64,000 bases of DNA from Caldisericota bacterium (GTDB lineage: Bacteria; Caldisericota; Caldisericia; Caldisericales; Caldisericaceae). Shown here piece after piece: positions 28,147 to 38,207 of the stretch. The notes under the pieces were generated by a model. The model saw only the letters and a list, made by a program, of their open reading frames with translations. It had not been told where the DNA came from and searched no databases. Position 1 is the first letter of the stretch; each line of letters starts with the position of its first letter. The position numbers were made by a program, and so were the translations under genes. The stretch lies in the NCBI GenBank assembly GCA_030621215.1, contig JAUXIC010000001.1:3423-67422 (forward strand). The letters are read 5' to 3'.

Positions 28147-29904
28147 CTAATTGTCCTGTTTTTTTAATTGAACACCAAGTTCGTCTAGCTGTTCTTTTTT
28201 GACTCTGTTGGGCGCATCTGTCAGAGGAGATATTCCTGCTGTCGTTTTTGGAAATGCAATTACATCTCTCAAACTTTTTGCATCACTTATAATCCATACA
28301 AGTCTGTCAAGGCCAAAGGCGATACCTCCATGCGGAGGAGCTCCCAGTTTTAGTGCCTTGAGGAGAAAGCCAAATTTATCTTCTGCTTCCTGTTCGGTAA
28401 GCCCTATGGCATTAAAGACACGTTTTTGAAGGACTGGATTATGGATTCTGATACTTCCTCCCCCTATTTCATTGCCATTTAATGCTAAATCATAAGCAAG
28501 GGCATGAAGGTTGTCTTTATCTCCATCTATTTTGTCTAATTCTTCAGGATTTGGCATAGTAAATGGGTGATGTTTTGTTTCATATCGATTTTCTTCTTTG
28601 TTAAATGAGAAAAATGGAAAATCTGTGATCCATATAAAGTTCCATTTTTCTTTCGAAATGAGGTTAAATTTTTTTGCAAGGAAAAGTCTGATTTTTCCTA
28701 CTATTTCAAATCCATTTTCTTTATTTACAATAAAGAGTAGTGCAATATCATTATCTTTGCCATTTTTAAGGAGTATTTCTTTTTCCGTTTCACTGAGATA
28801 TTTTGCATAGGACGAAGATATTCCATCGTTTATTTTAAATTCCAGGAACCCTGCTGCTCCTTGTTCTTTTACTTCTTCTTTCAGGGTATCAATTTCTTTT
28901 CTTGAAAGTGTTGCACCGCCGGGCACAAACAATGCAAGAATTTTTTGTCCTTTTTCTATGCTGCTTTTAATTAAATTAAACTTGCTTTCCTTAAAAAAAC
29001 CTGTCAGGTCTTTTATCTCCATTGCGAAGCGTGTATCTGGCTTGTCGGAGCCGTAACGGAGCATGGCTTCGGCATATTTTATCCGCGGGAATGGAGTGAC
29101 AATGTCTGTGTCCAGTACATCCTTAAACATTTTTTTGTATATACCTTCTGTGAGGAGCATTATATCCTCTTGGTCTACAAACGACATTTCAATGTCAATT
29201 TGTGTGAATTCCGGCTGCCTGTCCTGTCTTAAATCTTCATCTCTGAAACATCGTGCAATCTGAAAGTATTTTTCAAAACCTCCTACCATAAGGATTTGTT
29301 TAAATAGCTGGGGGGATTGTGGAAGTGCATAGAATTTCCCTTTGTTCAACCTGGATGGCACGATAAAATCCCTTGCCCCCTCAGGTGTGCTTTTTGTAAG
29401 AATTGGCGTTTCAATGTCTATGAAATCATTTTGAATTAGATAGTTTCTTATGCTTTGAACTATTTTTGCTCTTAATTCAAAGATATTTCTTACTTCAGGT
29501 TTTCTCAAATCAAGATATCTGTATCTTAATCTTACTATTTCGTCAACGTCCTGCCCAACAAATGGATTAAATGGAAGGTCTTCTGCTTCTGAAAAAATTT
29601 CTGCAGTTTCTATCTCGATTTCTATTTTTCCTGTTTTAAGATTTGGATTTTCTGTTTCACGCTTTTTAACTGCGCCTTTAATTCCCACTACTGATTCTGT
29701 TTTCAGTGTTTGGAATTTTTTGAACAGCACTTTGTTTACTGTATCGGGGTTTAGAACGATCTGAACAATTCCAGACCTGTCTCTAATATCTAAAAAAAGG
29801 AGTCCACCAAGGTTTCTTTTTCTTTGTATCCAGCCATTGATGGCTACGCTGCTTCCTATTTCTTTTTCTGTTATATCTGCACAGTTTATTGTTCTTTTAA
29901 GCAT
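28147..29904 (-). CDS. aspS: Aspartyl-tRNA synthetase (bacterial type)
   Basis: 585 aa with an OB anticodon-binding N-domain, class II motifs (FRDEDLRQDRQPEFTQID, GGGSIRIH, GIAFGLDRL) and the bacterial insertion domain. Confidence 0.95.
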   Translation of the reverse strand: MLKRTINCADITEKEIGSSVAINGWIQRKRNLGGLLFLDIRDRSGIVQIVLNPDTVNKVLFKKFQTLKTESVVGIKGAVKKRETENPNLKTGKIEIEIETAEIFSEAEDLPFNPFVGQDVDEIVRLRYRYLDLRKPEVRNIFELRAKIVQSIRNYLIQNDFIDIETPILTKSTPEGARDFIVPSRLNKGKFYALPQSPQLFKQILMVGGFEKYFQIARCFRDEDLRQDRQPEFTQIDIEMSFVDQEDIMLLTEGIYKKMFKDVLDTDIVTPFPRIKYAEAMLRYGSDKPDTRFAMEIKDLTGFFKESKFNLIKSSIEKGQKILALFVPGGATLSRKEIDTLKEEVKEQGAAGFLEFKINDGISSSYAKYLSETEKEILLKNGKDNDIALLFIVNKENGFEIVGKIRLFLAKKFNLISKEKWNFIWITDFPFFSFNKEENRYETKHHPFTMPNPEELDKIDGDKDNLHALAYDLALNGNEIGGGSIRIHNPVLQKRVFNAIGLTEQEAEDKFGFLLKALKLGAPPHGGIAFGLDRLVWIISDAKSLRDVIAFPKTTAGISPLTDAPNRVKKEQLDELGVQLKKQDN

Positions 29905-31159
29905 TTTTTTCTCCCCGTATGTGATTTTTAAGGAATGTTATAATCTGGTCTGACGGTATTTCTTTTTGTTCTTTTGTTTCCATGTTTTTAATTTGCAGGA
30001 TTCTTTTTTCTTTTTCTTCTTCGCCGATGATGATTGTGTAGAGGGAATGTTGTTTTGCACTTCTTTCAAGCTGGTTTTTGAAGTTTCCGCCCTTTGTGTC
30101 CATCAGGACAATAAAACCACTGTCCCGCAATATGTTTGCGATATCTATTGCTTCTTTTAGAGTATTTTTTTGATATGCTATGTACAGGACAGGTTGTTTT
30201 TCAACTGTTTTTTCCTGTGCTTCCAAAATTGTTATAAGTCGTTCAATACCCATTGCGAAGCCCACTGCTGGTATATGGCGTCCTCCCAGCTCTTCAATGA
30301 GGTAATCATACCGGCCGCCTCCGAGCAGTGCGTTTTGTGCGCCGAGATTTGTCGAGACAACTTCAAATACCGTTTTTGTATAGTAGTCAAGGCCTCTCAC
30401 GAGACTATTGTCCAGTTCAAACGGAATATCCATTAATGTTAAATGTTTTTTTACTGTATCAAAGTGTTCCTTACACTCTTTACATAAATAATCAGCAATT
30501 TTAGGCAGGGATTTCTTTAGTTCATCACTCTCTTTTTTACAGTCGAGAATGCGCAACGGGTTGGTGTGAAATCTTTTTTTGCAATTATCGCAGAGTTCAT
30601 CGTAGTGTGGCTTAAGCGCATTTTTTAATGCATCTTTATACACTGGCCTGCATTCTTTGCAGCCTATGCTATTCAATTTAACCTTTATTTCTTCAAGGGA
30701 GAATCGTTTTGCTATGGTAAATGCAAGCGAGATAACTTCTGTATCAAGTAGCGGTGAAATGTCGCCAATAGCTTCTACTCCGAATTGATAGAATTCTCTG
30801 TATCTGCCTTTTTGTGGTTTTTCATATCTGAAGCATGGGCCTATATAATACAATCTTAGCGGAGAAGGTATGGTTTCAAAGTGGTGTTCAACGTAACTCC
30901 TTGCTATAGATGCAGTAATTTCAGGCCTCAAAGTAAGGCTCCTTCCGCCTTTATCCTCAAATGTATACATTTCTTTTTCTACGATATCAGTATCTTGCCC
31001 AACTGAACGCTGGAAGAGCTCTGTGTACTCGATGATTGGTGTTACTATTTCTGTATAACCATATTGTTCTGCAGTTTCTGACAAAACTTTTTTGCTATAA
31101 TGAAAGAGCCTGATATCTTTTTCGTATATATCTTTGCAGCCTTTTACTGTCTTAATCAT
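29897..31159 (-). CDS. hisS: Histidyl-tRNA synthetase
   Basis: 420 aa with class II motifs LRPEITA, FRYEKPQKGRYREFYQ and GGGRYD. Overlaps the aspS start. Confidence 0.95.
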   Translation of the reverse strand: MIKTVKGCKDIYEKDIRLFHYSKKVLSETAEQYGYTEIVTPIIEYTELFQRSVGQDTDIVEKEMYTFEDKGGRSLTLRPEITASIARSYVEHHFETIPSPLRLYYIGPCFRYEKPQKGRYREFYQFGVEAIGDISPLLDTEVISLAFTIAKRFSLEEIKVKLNSIGCKECRPVYKDALKNALKPHYDELCDNCKKRFHTNPLRILDCKKESDELKKSLPKIADYLCKECKEHFDTVKKHLTLMDIPFELDNSLVRGLDYYTKTVFEVVSTNLGAQNALLGGGRYDYLIEELGGRHIPAVGFAMGIERLITILEAQEKTVEKQPVLYIAYQKNTLKEAIDIANILRDSGFIVLMDTKGGNFKNQLERSAKQHSLYTIIIGEEEKEKRILQIKNMETKEQKEIPSDQIITFLKNHIRGEKNA

Positions 31160-31236
31160 GAAGTTTCTCCTTTTACGGTGTTATTTTATCATTTCTTTTG
31201 CAAATTAAAATTATGTAAAATGCTGAATTAATTTGT

Positions 31237-32433
31237 TTATGTTATAACCCTGAAAAATTTTAATTTGCCTACTTTTATTACATCTCCTTTTTTTAATGGT
31301 ACCGGGTTTTTAAAATCCTTTACTTTTTCTCCGTTTATTTGTATTCCTCCCTGCTGGATAAGTCTTTTTGCGTCTGATTTTGATTTTACAATACCTTTTT
31401 CGTTGAGCATTGCGACAATATTTACTTTGCCATCTCGAATGAATTTTGATATGTTGAGTTCTCCCATATCTTCCGGAATTTCTTTTTTACTGAAGATATT
31501 TTTAAAATTTTCTTCTGCTATGTTTGCATCTTCTTCTGAGTGAAATAAAGTTACAATTTCTTTTGCAAGTTGCATCTTTAACTTCATTGGGTTTTCTTTT
31601 CCATCTTGTATAATTTTATCTATTTCTTTTGATTCTTTTTCTGGTTTCTCAAGAATAAGGGAATAATATTCTGATATTAATGTGTCTGGTATGGACATCA
31701 CTTTCCCAAACATCGCACCAGGATCTTCTGTTATTCCTATATAATTTTTAAGGCTTTTACTCATTTTTTTTATCCCGTCTGTTCCCCTCAAGAGTGGCAT
31801 AATGATTGCAACTTGTGGTGCCATATTCATTGATTCCTGTAATTTCCGGCCCATCAGTAAATTAAATTTTTGGTCAGTTCCTCCAAGCTCTACATCTGCT
31901 TTTATAGCAACAGAATCGTATGCCTGCATTATCGGATAGAAGAACTCGTGAAAGAAAATAGGGGTACCTGATTTGTATCTCACCGAGAAATCATCTCTTT
32001 CCAAAATTCTTGCAATAGTGAATTTTGATGCGGTGCGAATCCATTCTCCCAGCGAGATTTTTGATAGCCATTCGGAATTAAATCGAATTTCTGTTTTGTC
32101 CTTGTCAAGAATTTTAAATACTTGTTCAAAGTATGTTTTTGCATTTTCTTCTATTTGTTCTCTGGAAAGAGGAGGGCGTGTTTTGGATCGTTCGGAAGGG
32201 TCGCCTATTAATGCTGTAAAATCTCCTATAATGAATATGACTGTATGGCCTAATTCTTGAAAATCTCTAAGTTTTCTCAGTACAATATAGTGGCCGAGAT
32301 GAAGGTCTGGTGCAGTTGGATCCGCTCCAAGCTTGATCCTGAGTTTTTTCCCACTTGCTATCCGTTTTTCAAGCTCATCTATGCTGATAATTTCTACTGT
32401 GCCGTCTTTTATCTTTTTTAATGAAGTTATCAT
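31237..32433 (-). CDS. tyrS: Tyrosyl-tRNA synthetase
   Basis: 398 aa with HIGH variant HLGHY, KMSKS and a C-terminal S4-like domain. Confidence 0.95.
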   Translation of the reverse strand: MITSLKKIKDGTVEIISIDELEKRIASGKKLRIKLGADPTAPDLHLGHYIVLRKLRDFQELGHTVIFIIGDFTALIGDPSERSKTRPPLSREQIEENAKTYFEQVFKILDKDKTEIRFNSEWLSKISLGEWIRTASKFTIARILERDDFSVRYKSGTPIFFHEFFYPIMQAYDSVAIKADVELGGTDQKFNLLMGRKLQESMNMAPQVAIIMPLLRGTDGIKKMSKSLKNYIGITEDPGAMFGKVMSIPDTLISEYYSLILEKPEKESKEIDKIIQDGKENPMKLKMQLAKEIVTLFHSEEDANIAEENFKNIFSKKEIPEDMGELNISKFIRDGKVNIVAMLNEKGIVKSKSDAKRLIQQGGIQINGEKVKDFKNPVPLKKGDVIKVGKLKFFRVIT

Positions 32434-32457
32434 TTTTGCCTCCCGATTAGTTGTTAC

Positions 32458-32485
32458 ATTTTAGGTAAACTTTTTTCAATGTCAA
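32458..32485 (-). promoter_or_regulatory. Putative promoter for the tyrS-hisS-aspS operon
   Basis: On the minus strand: TTGACA, 16-nt spacer, TAAAAT, about 24 nt upstream of the tyrS ATG. Confidence 0.45.
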
Positions 32486-32490
32486 ATAGA

Positions 32491-32518
32491 TTGAATAAGT
32501 GGCGCAATGTGGTATAAT
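32491..32518 (+). promoter_or_regulatory. Putative promoter for rpiB-cmk-plsC-ispH-gpsA
   Basis: TTGAAT, 16-nt spacer with an extended TG, TATAAT. Divergent from the tyrS promoter. Confidence 0.45.
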
Positions 32519-32544
32519 TTTTTAATCAGAAATAAGGAGGAAAG

Positions 32545-32985
32545 ATGAAGATAGCCATAGGTTCTGACCATGCTGGATTTCAATTAAAAGAAGAATTAAA
32601 AGTATTTTTGCAGGGAAAAGGCATTGATATAAAAGATTTTGGTACATATTCAAAAGAAAGTGTTGACTATCCTGACTATGCAATCCCTTTAGCTGAAAGT
32701 ATTGCGAGGGGCGAAGAAAAGTTTGGAATTTTAATCTGTGGTACAGGTATTGGAATGTCCATTGCTGCAAATAAAGTAAAAGGTATTCGTGCAAGTCTTT
32801 GCAGCAGTGAGTATTCTACTCGCTGCGCAAGGGAGCATAATGATGCGAATGTGCTTTGTCTAGCGGGAAGAGTTTTAAAAGTAGAACTTGCTAAAGAAAT
32901 TGTAAATGTTTGGCTTAATACTTCTTTTTTGGCTGACAGGCATAAGAGGCGGATCGACAAAATAACAAATTATGAGAAAAAATAA
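32545..32985 (+). CDS. rpiB: Ribose-5-phosphate isomerase B
   Basis: 146 aa with MKIAIGSDHAGF, ILICGTGIGMSIAANK and the remaining RpiB/LacAB family features. Confidence 0.9.
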   Translation: MKIAIGSDHAGFQLKEELKVFLQGKGIDIKDFGTYSKESVDYPDYAIPLAESIARGEEKFGILICGTGIGMSIAANKVKGIRASLCSSEYSTRCAREHNDANVLCLAGRVLKVELAKEIVNVWLNTSFLADRHKRRIDKITNYEKK

Positions 32986-33643
32986 GTGGATAGCAATTGA
33001 TGGAGATGCAGGAAGTGGAAAATCTACCGTGGGACGGCTCTTTGCCGATAGAATACAATTTGAATTCATTGATAGCGGGCTTCTTTATAGAGCTTTCGCA
33101 TACACGGTTTTAAAAGAATGTGCAGGTAAAAGTGACAAGGAAGAATGGGTGGATGTCATACAAAACATCGAGTTCGATTTAAAAGGCGGAATTATATGTA
33201 TCGACGGGAAAGATGTTAATAAGACAGAATTACGTAAAAAAGAAGTAGACGATCTTGTCTCGCCCGTATCTACGGTAAAAGAAATTAGAGAAATAGTAAC
33301 GGAGAAACTGAGAAAAATTGCAGATTCAAAGAATGTTGTTATGGCAGGAAGAGATATTGGCTCTGTTGTGCTAAAAAATGCGTTTCTTAAAATTTATCTT
33401 ACTGGCCCCGTTGAGGTTCGTGCAAAAAGGCGGTATAAAGAACTTCTTGAAAGGACAGTAAATATCACATTTGAGGAAGTTCTTGATGGTTTAAAAAACA
33501 GAGATGTGATTGATTCTAACCGTGATATTTCTCCGCTTACGATTCCTCATGATGCTTATGTAATTGACACAAATTATCTTTCTCCTGGGCAAGTTGTTGA
33601 TAAAATTATTCAATTTTTTAAAGGAAGGGAATATGTTTTATAA
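32972..33643 (+). CDS. cmk: Cytidylate kinase
   Basis: 223 aa with P-loop IAIDGDAGSGKST, followed by DSGLLYR and GRDIGSVV. Confidence 0.9.
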   Translation: MRKNKWIAIDGDAGSGKSTVGRLFADRIQFEFIDSGLLYRAFAYTVLKECAGKSDKEEWVDVIQNIEFDLKGGIICIDGKDVNKTELRKKEVDDLVSPVSTVKEIREIVTEKLRKIADSKNVVMAGRDIGSVVLKNAFLKIYLTGPVEVRAKRRYKELLERTVNITFEEVLDGLKNRDVIDSNRDISPLTIPHDAYVIDTNYLSPGQVVDKIIQFFKGREYVL

Positions 33644-34253
33644 AATACTTCATATTTTTTGCAAATTCTTTTTCAGACTCTTCTTTCATTTAGATGTTTA
33701 TGGGGTAGAGAATGTTCCAAAAACGGGGGGAGTAATTGTTACTCCAAATCACAGGAGCTTTTTGGATATTCCTGTTACGGGTGTTGCATTGACAAGAAGA
33801 ATGCGTTCACTTGGGAAAAAAGAGGTTATTTCAGAAAGCAGGCTGGGATGGTTTTACCAAATGTTAGGGGGAATACCTCTTGATATGGACAGATCAGATT
33901 TGAAGGGCTTGAGAAATGCCGTAGATGTGCTTAAACAAGGCAATCCACTTCTTATATTTCCGGAAGGTACGCGTTCTTTAACGCGAGAAGTTGGTCCCAT
34001 AAAGAAAGGAGTGGTTTTCCTTTCTTTTAAAGCAGGTGTGCCTATTGTGCCTGTGGGAATTGTAGGAGCTGGTGAAGCATTACATAAAACTTCAAAAATG
34101 ATAAAACTTTCGCACCTGGTGGTTGTATTTGGAAAATCCATTAAACTGTGGGAGTTATTTGACCTTAAGGATAATTCTTTTTATGAAAAATCAACTGAAT
34201 ATCTTAGAAAAGAGATAAAAAAATGTGTGGAGTTAGCAGAAGAAAAATTATAA
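33633..34253 (+). CDS. plsC: 1-acyl-sn-glycerol-3-phosphate acyltransferase
   Basis: Acyltransferase motifs PNHRSFLD and IFPEGTRS. ATG 33633 has SD aaggaaggg upstream. The tracked start 33564 lies inside cmk. Confidence 0.8.
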   Translation: MFYKILHIFCKFFFRLFFHLDVYGVENVPKTGGVIVTPNHRSFLDIPVTGVALTRRMRSLGKKEVISESRLGWFYQMLGGIPLDMDRSDLKGLRNAVDVLKQGNPLLIFPEGTRSLTREVGPIKKGVVFLSFKAGVPIVPVGIVGAGEALHKTSKMIKLSHLVVVFGKSIKLWELFDLKDNSFYEKSTEYLRKEIKKCVELAEEKL

Positions 34254-35068
34254 TTGCAAAAGATATTGGATTTTGTTCCGGAGTCGAGCGGGCAGTAAAG
34301 CTTGCCGAAGAATCTCTCTCCCAGTGTAAAAAAGTTTATACACTTGATGCCTTACTGCATAATGAAGAGGAGATGCACAGACTTAAGGAGAGAGGAGTTT
34401 CTGCTTTAACTAACTTAAAGCATAAAGGGAAAGTAGTACTTCTCCCAGCTCATGGCTCTACCGCTGTAGAACGAAAAAAAGCGGACGAGAATTTTGAAAA
34501 GGTGGTTAATACGGTCTGTCCTTTTGTTTTAAGGACAGTGCAGATTATTGAGAAACTTAAAAAAGAGAATTATAAGATAGCAATTGTAGGCGATAGAGGA
34601 CATCGCGAGGTGAAAGTGCTTTCAGATGCTGCTTCTTGCAATCTTCTTGGTGTATTTCAGGACAGGGATGAAATAAAAAAAGAACTGAGAGCATCAAAAA
34701 TAGGTGTGGTAGCACAATCTACTATAGACCAGGGCACTTTTTTTTCTATAGTCAGTGAATTGACGGCAACTACAGATGAACTAAGATTTTTTAATACAAT
34801 ATGCAAGGAAACATTACGGCGTCAGACAGAGGCAAAAGAGATTGCAAAAAAAGCTGATTGTATGGTTGTGATCGGGGATAAAACAAGTGCAAATTCAGGC
34901 AGATTGTTCCAAATGGTAAAGGGGATAAATAAATATTCATATTTTGTTCAAACTGAAGATGATTTAGCAATTATTCCTTTTGAAAGGTTTAATATTATAG
35001 GGATTGTATCTGGTACGTCTACTCCCTATTGGCTTATTGAGAAGATAGTAAGGAGGCTTGAGAGATGA
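34223..35068 (+). CDS. ispH: 4-hydroxy-3-methylbut-2-enyl diphosphate reductase
   Basis: 281 aa with GFCSGVERAV, a Cys in NTVCPFV, a Cys in NTICKET, and SANSGRL. Confidence 0.9.
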   Translation: MCGVSRRKIIIAKDIGFCSGVERAVKLAEESLSQCKKVYTLDALLHNEEEMHRLKERGVSALTNLKHKGKVVLLPAHGSTAVERKKADENFEKVVNTVCPFVLRTVQIIEKLKKENYKIAIVGDRGHREVKVLSDAASCNLLGVFQDRDEIKKELRASKIGVVAQSTIDQGTFFSIVSELTATTDELRFFNTICKETLRRQTEAKEIAKKADCMVVIGDKTSANSGRLFQMVKGINKYSYFVQTEDDLAIIPFERFNIIGIVSGTSTPYWLIEKIVRRLER

Positions 35069-36057
35069 AAATATCTGTTATTGGAGCAGGTGCATGGGGT
35101 ACGACTATTGCAGAACTTTTAGGGGGAAAAGGCTTTGATGTGACACTGTGGATACACAGTAAAAAGACTATCAATGCAGTTCAGGATTGGAACGAAAATA
35201 TTTATTACTTAAAAGGGGTAAAGCTCCATTCTATTGCTAAATATACAATGAATATTGAGGAGGCTCTTGGCAGCGCAGAGATTATTGTTTTAGCTGTGCC
35301 GGCACAGAAATTGAGAAGCGTTATTTCGGATGTAGCTCCTTCTAATGCACCTATTGTTGTTAATCTTGCAAAAGGGATAGAAATAAATTCCGGGAAACGT
35401 ATATCCCAGGTAATACATGAAATATGGACTGGTATACCTCAAAAAAGCATTACTTCTCTGTCAGGACCAAATTTTTCTTTTGAGATTGCAAGAAAAATGC
35501 CCGCTGCAACAGTAATAGGCGGAAAAGATGAATCTATTCTGAAAGAGCTGCAGGATGTTTTTTTGACAGATTATTTTAGAGTGTATTATACAACAGATCT
35601 TCTGGGAGTTGAACTGGGTGGTTCTGTAAAAAATGTACTTGCTATTGGCGCTGGGATAAGCGATGGACTTGGTTTTGGTGATAGCAGCAAATCCTCTCTT
35701 GTTGTGAGGGGTGTCAGCGAACTTATCCGTTTTGGTATGGCTCTTGGCGGCAAAAAAGAGACATTTTATGGATTATCCGGGATGGGAGATTTGATTGCTA
35801 CATCTTTTAGCAAACTAAGCAGAAACAGGTGGGCAGGCGAAGAGATCGGAAAAGGAAGAAACAAAGAAGAAATAGAAGAGGTCACAAATCAGGTAGTTGA
35901 GGGTCTATACACGGTAAAATCAGTATACTTGTTAAAAGAGGAGCTTAACATAGATATGCCGATAACTACTGCAATTTATAACATTGTTTACCACCATAAA
36001 CCGCCGAAAGAGGAGCTGCAAAAATTAATGAGGAGACCGACGAAAAAAGAGTCCTAA
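35065..36057 (+). CDS. gpsA: NAD(P)H-dependent glycerol-3-phosphate dehydrogenase
   Basis: 330 aa with the Rossmann motif ISVIGAGAWGT, followed by NLAKGIE and GSVKNVLAIGAGISDG. Confidence 0.9.
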   Translation: MKISVIGAGAWGTTIAELLGGKGFDVTLWIHSKKTINAVQDWNENIYYLKGVKLHSIAKYTMNIEEALGSAEIIVLAVPAQKLRSVISDVAPSNAPIVVNLAKGIEINSGKRISQVIHEIWTGIPQKSITSLSGPNFSFEIARKMPAATVIGGKDESILKELQDVFLTDYFRVYYTTDLLGVELGGSVKNVLAIGAGISDGLGFGDSSKSSLVVRGVSELIRFGMALGGKKETFYGLSGMGDLIATSFSKLSRNRWAGEEIGKGRNKEEIEEVTNQVVEGLYTVKSVYLLKEELNIDMPITTAIYNIVYHHKPPKEELQKLMRRPTKKES

Positions 36058-36189
36058 ATGGTTTGATTTTTATTCATGCTTTTTGAAAACTGAAAGCGAA
36101 AAGTATACAGATAGAGAATAACCTGCTGTTTCAGATGAAAATGAATTATCCCTCTGTTTTTATAGATTTTTGATGATTTATTCGTACTA

Positions 36190-36217
36190 TTGCGTCACAT
36201 TAGAAAACCATTATAAT
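36190..36217 (+). promoter_or_regulatory. Putative promoter for the tRNA-Pro pair (and possibly downstream genes)
   Basis: TTGCGT, 16-nt spacer, TATAAT. The -10 element ends 10 nt before the tRNA 5' end. Confidence 0.45.
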
Positions 36218-36227
36218 AAGAGGGATT

Positions 36228-36305
36228 CGGGGCGTGGCGTAGTTTGGTTAGCGCACCTGCATGGGGTGCAGGGGGTCGGAAGTTCGAATCTTCTCGCCCC
36301 GACCA
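36228..36305 (+). tRNA. tRNA-Pro (anticodon GGG), CCA encoded
   Basis: Acceptor cggggcg/cgccccg, anticodon arm cctgc-atGGGgt-gcagg with G37, 78 nt. Confidence 0.9.
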
Positions 36306-36313
36306 TTTTATAT

Positions 36314-36390
36314 CGGGATGTGGCTCAGCTTGGTAGAGCGCTTGGTTCGGGACTAAGAGGTCATGGGTTCAAATCCCATCATCCCGACCA
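36314..36390 (+). tRNA. tRNA-Pro (anticodon CGG), CCA encoded
   Basis: Acceptor cgggatg/catcccg, anticodon arm cttgg-ttCGGga-ctaag, 77 nt. Confidence 0.9.
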
Positions 36391-36423
36391 TTTGAGATAA
36401 TTTAATTTAAGGGGTGTAATATA

Positions 36424-37872
36424 GTGAATCAAAATAAAGCTCCTCTTTATGAGGCTATTCTTAGATATGTTGAAAAGGATATGATTTCTTTTCATATGCC
36501 AGGTCATTCAAATGGAAGAGGAGTGCCTCGTTATCTCAAAAAACTTTTCGGCAATGACTTATTTAAGTTTGATCTTACAGAAGTCTCAGGTCTTGATTAC
36601 CTTCATTATGCAAAAGGCGTGATAAAACAGGCGGAAGAACTTGCAGCTGACCTCTATGGAGTAAAGAATACATTTTTTTTAATAAACGGAACAACAGCAG
36701 GAGTCCATGCTATGATACTTGCTGCCTGTAAAGAAGGTGACAAAATTATAGTAGGGAGAAATTCTCATAGGTCTGTCATAGGAGGCATTATTGAGTCTGG
36801 GGCTAATCCGGTATTTGTGCACCCGGAATTCAATAACGATTTTGGCATTATTACAAATCTTACACCTACTGTACTTGAGAAGGCAATACAAGATAATTTG
36901 GATGCTAAGGCAGTGTTAATAACTACACCTAATTATTATGGAATTCAGGGCGATTTAAAAAAAATGATCGACATTGTGCACAAGTACAATATGTATGCAC
37001 TTGTAGATGAGGCACACGGCGCACATTTTCCATTTCATCCCTCTTTTCCTTCAAGTGCTATTGAATATGGCGCGGATATGGTGGTTCAGAGCGCGCACAA
37101 GACACTTCCTACATTTACACAGACTTCCCTTCTTCATATTGTAACTGATAGGGTTAACACAGATATGGTGGAACAAGTGCTTGCTGCTATAGAAAGCTCA
37201 AGTCCATCCTATATATTTATGGCTTCTCTTGATGTGGTAAGAAGAGAAATGGCCATCAACGGGAGAAAACTGTGGGAGAAAGCTATTGAAGTGGCAGATT
37301 ATGCAAGAGAAGAGATTGAAAAAATAGATGGTTTTAGGATAGTAGACCCTTCCATTATAAACGGTAAGGACATTTATGCTATTGACCCCATAAAACTTGC
37401 AATAAATGTTGAAGAGATAGGTTTTTCTGGGTTTGAGTTTGAGCTTTTCCTTAATAAACATAATATAGAGATTGAACTTTCTGATTTGCAAAATGTACTC
37501 CTTTTTGTTACAATTGGAACAAGAAAAAGGGATGTAAAATCCCTTTTAAAAGTTTTAAGATCTGTGAAAAAGAAATCGGGTGGAGTGGAAAAAATGACAC
37601 CCTTTCCCGTGGCTGGAAAGCAAGTTTATTCGCCTAATGATGCGTTTAATCTGAATTATAAAATAGAGTTGCTAGACAAGGCAGTAAATAAAGTCAGCTG
37701 GGGAGTTATTGCGCCTTATCCTCCTGGCATTCCCGTCCTTGCTCCTGGCATGGAGATATCCCAGGAAGCGATAAATTTTATCCATATAATGGAAGACAAA
37801 GGCGGTATGATCCAGGGGGCTATCATGCGGGATGATACGATTTATGTGAGAGTTGTGGATGATTTGCAATAA
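36424..37872 (+). CDS. Orn/Lys/Arg decarboxylase family protein (PLP fold type I, SpeA/YaaO-like)
   Basis: 482 aa with FHMPGH, the PLP-lysine context QSAHKTLP and the C-terminal OKR_DC_1_C-like part (YPPGIPVLAPG). GTG start. Confidence 0.8.
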   Translation: MNQNKAPLYEAILRYVEKDMISFHMPGHSNGRGVPRYLKKLFGNDLFKFDLTEVSGLDYLHYAKGVIKQAEELAADLYGVKNTFFLINGTTAGVHAMILAACKEGDKIIVGRNSHRSVIGGIIESGANPVFVHPEFNNDFGIITNLTPTVLEKAIQDNLDAKAVLITTPNYYGIQGDLKKMIDIVHKYNMYALVDEAHGAHFPFHPSFPSSAIEYGADMVVQSAHKTLPTFTQTSLLHIVTDRVNTDMVEQVLAAIESSSPSYIFMASLDVVRREMAINGRKLWEKAIEVADYAREEIEKIDGFRIVDPSIINGKDIYAIDPIKLAINVEEIGFSGFEFELFLNKHNIEIELSDLQNVLLFVTIGTRKRDVKSLLKVLRSVKKKSGGVEKMTPFPVAGKQVYSPNDAFNLNYKIELLDKAVNKVSWGVIAPYPPGIPVLAPGMEISQEAINFIHIMEDKGGMIQGAIMRDDTIYVRVVDDLQ

Positions 37873-37883
37873 GTAAGAGGAAG

Positions 37884-38207
37884 GTGCATATGATTGAAAG
37901 AGATATACTTATTTCAGTAAGTGAAGCCGAGAAAAAAGCCAGACAGATTCTTGATAAAGCAGAAAAAGAAATAGCTTTTCTCAGGAAAAAAATGGCAAAA
38001 GAGGAAGAAGATTTTTTGAATAAGTTGGAAGCAGAATTTGCTGAAAAGAAAAAAATAGAAGAAGAGAAAAGCAAAAAGTTAGTACAGGAAGAAGTTAAAA
38101 AAATAAAGATGTCTTACGAAAAAAGATTAAAAGAACTAAAAAATATTGCTTCACGAGAGGCTGAACAAATAGCAACAACACTCGTGCAAAAGGTCATAGA
38201 GAGCTAA
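37884..38207 (+). CDS. Small coiled-coil protein, probable V/A-type ATPase peripheral-stalk subunit (G/H-like)
   Basis: 107 aa, highly charged and helical (AEKKARQILDKAEKEIAFLRKK..). It is the first gene of the operon, in the position of the small stalk subunit in the Thermus-type order G-I-K-E-C-F-A-B-D. Confidence 0.5.
   Translation: MHMIERDILISVSEAEKKARQILDKAEKEIAFLRKKMAKEEEDFLNKLEAEFAEKKKIEEEKSKKLVQEEVKKIKMSYEKRLKELKNIASREAEQIATTLVQKVIES

Noticed and set aside
32434-32544. T-box leader upstream of tyrS, or of hisS at 31160..31236.
   Set aside because: Only about 24 nt separate the predicted -10 element from the tyrS start codon, and the tyrS-hisS gap is 77 nt. Both are far too short for a T-box riboswitch of 200 nt or more, and no specifier-loop or T-box consensus is visible.
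36058-36189. 170-nt gap after gpsA, examined for SRP RNA, 6S RNA, a riboswitch or a terminator.
   Set aside because: It contains only a weak 5-bp hairpin (gcttt..aaagc) and no conserved ncRNA motifs that I recognise. The 3' part is explained by the tRNA-Pro promoter.
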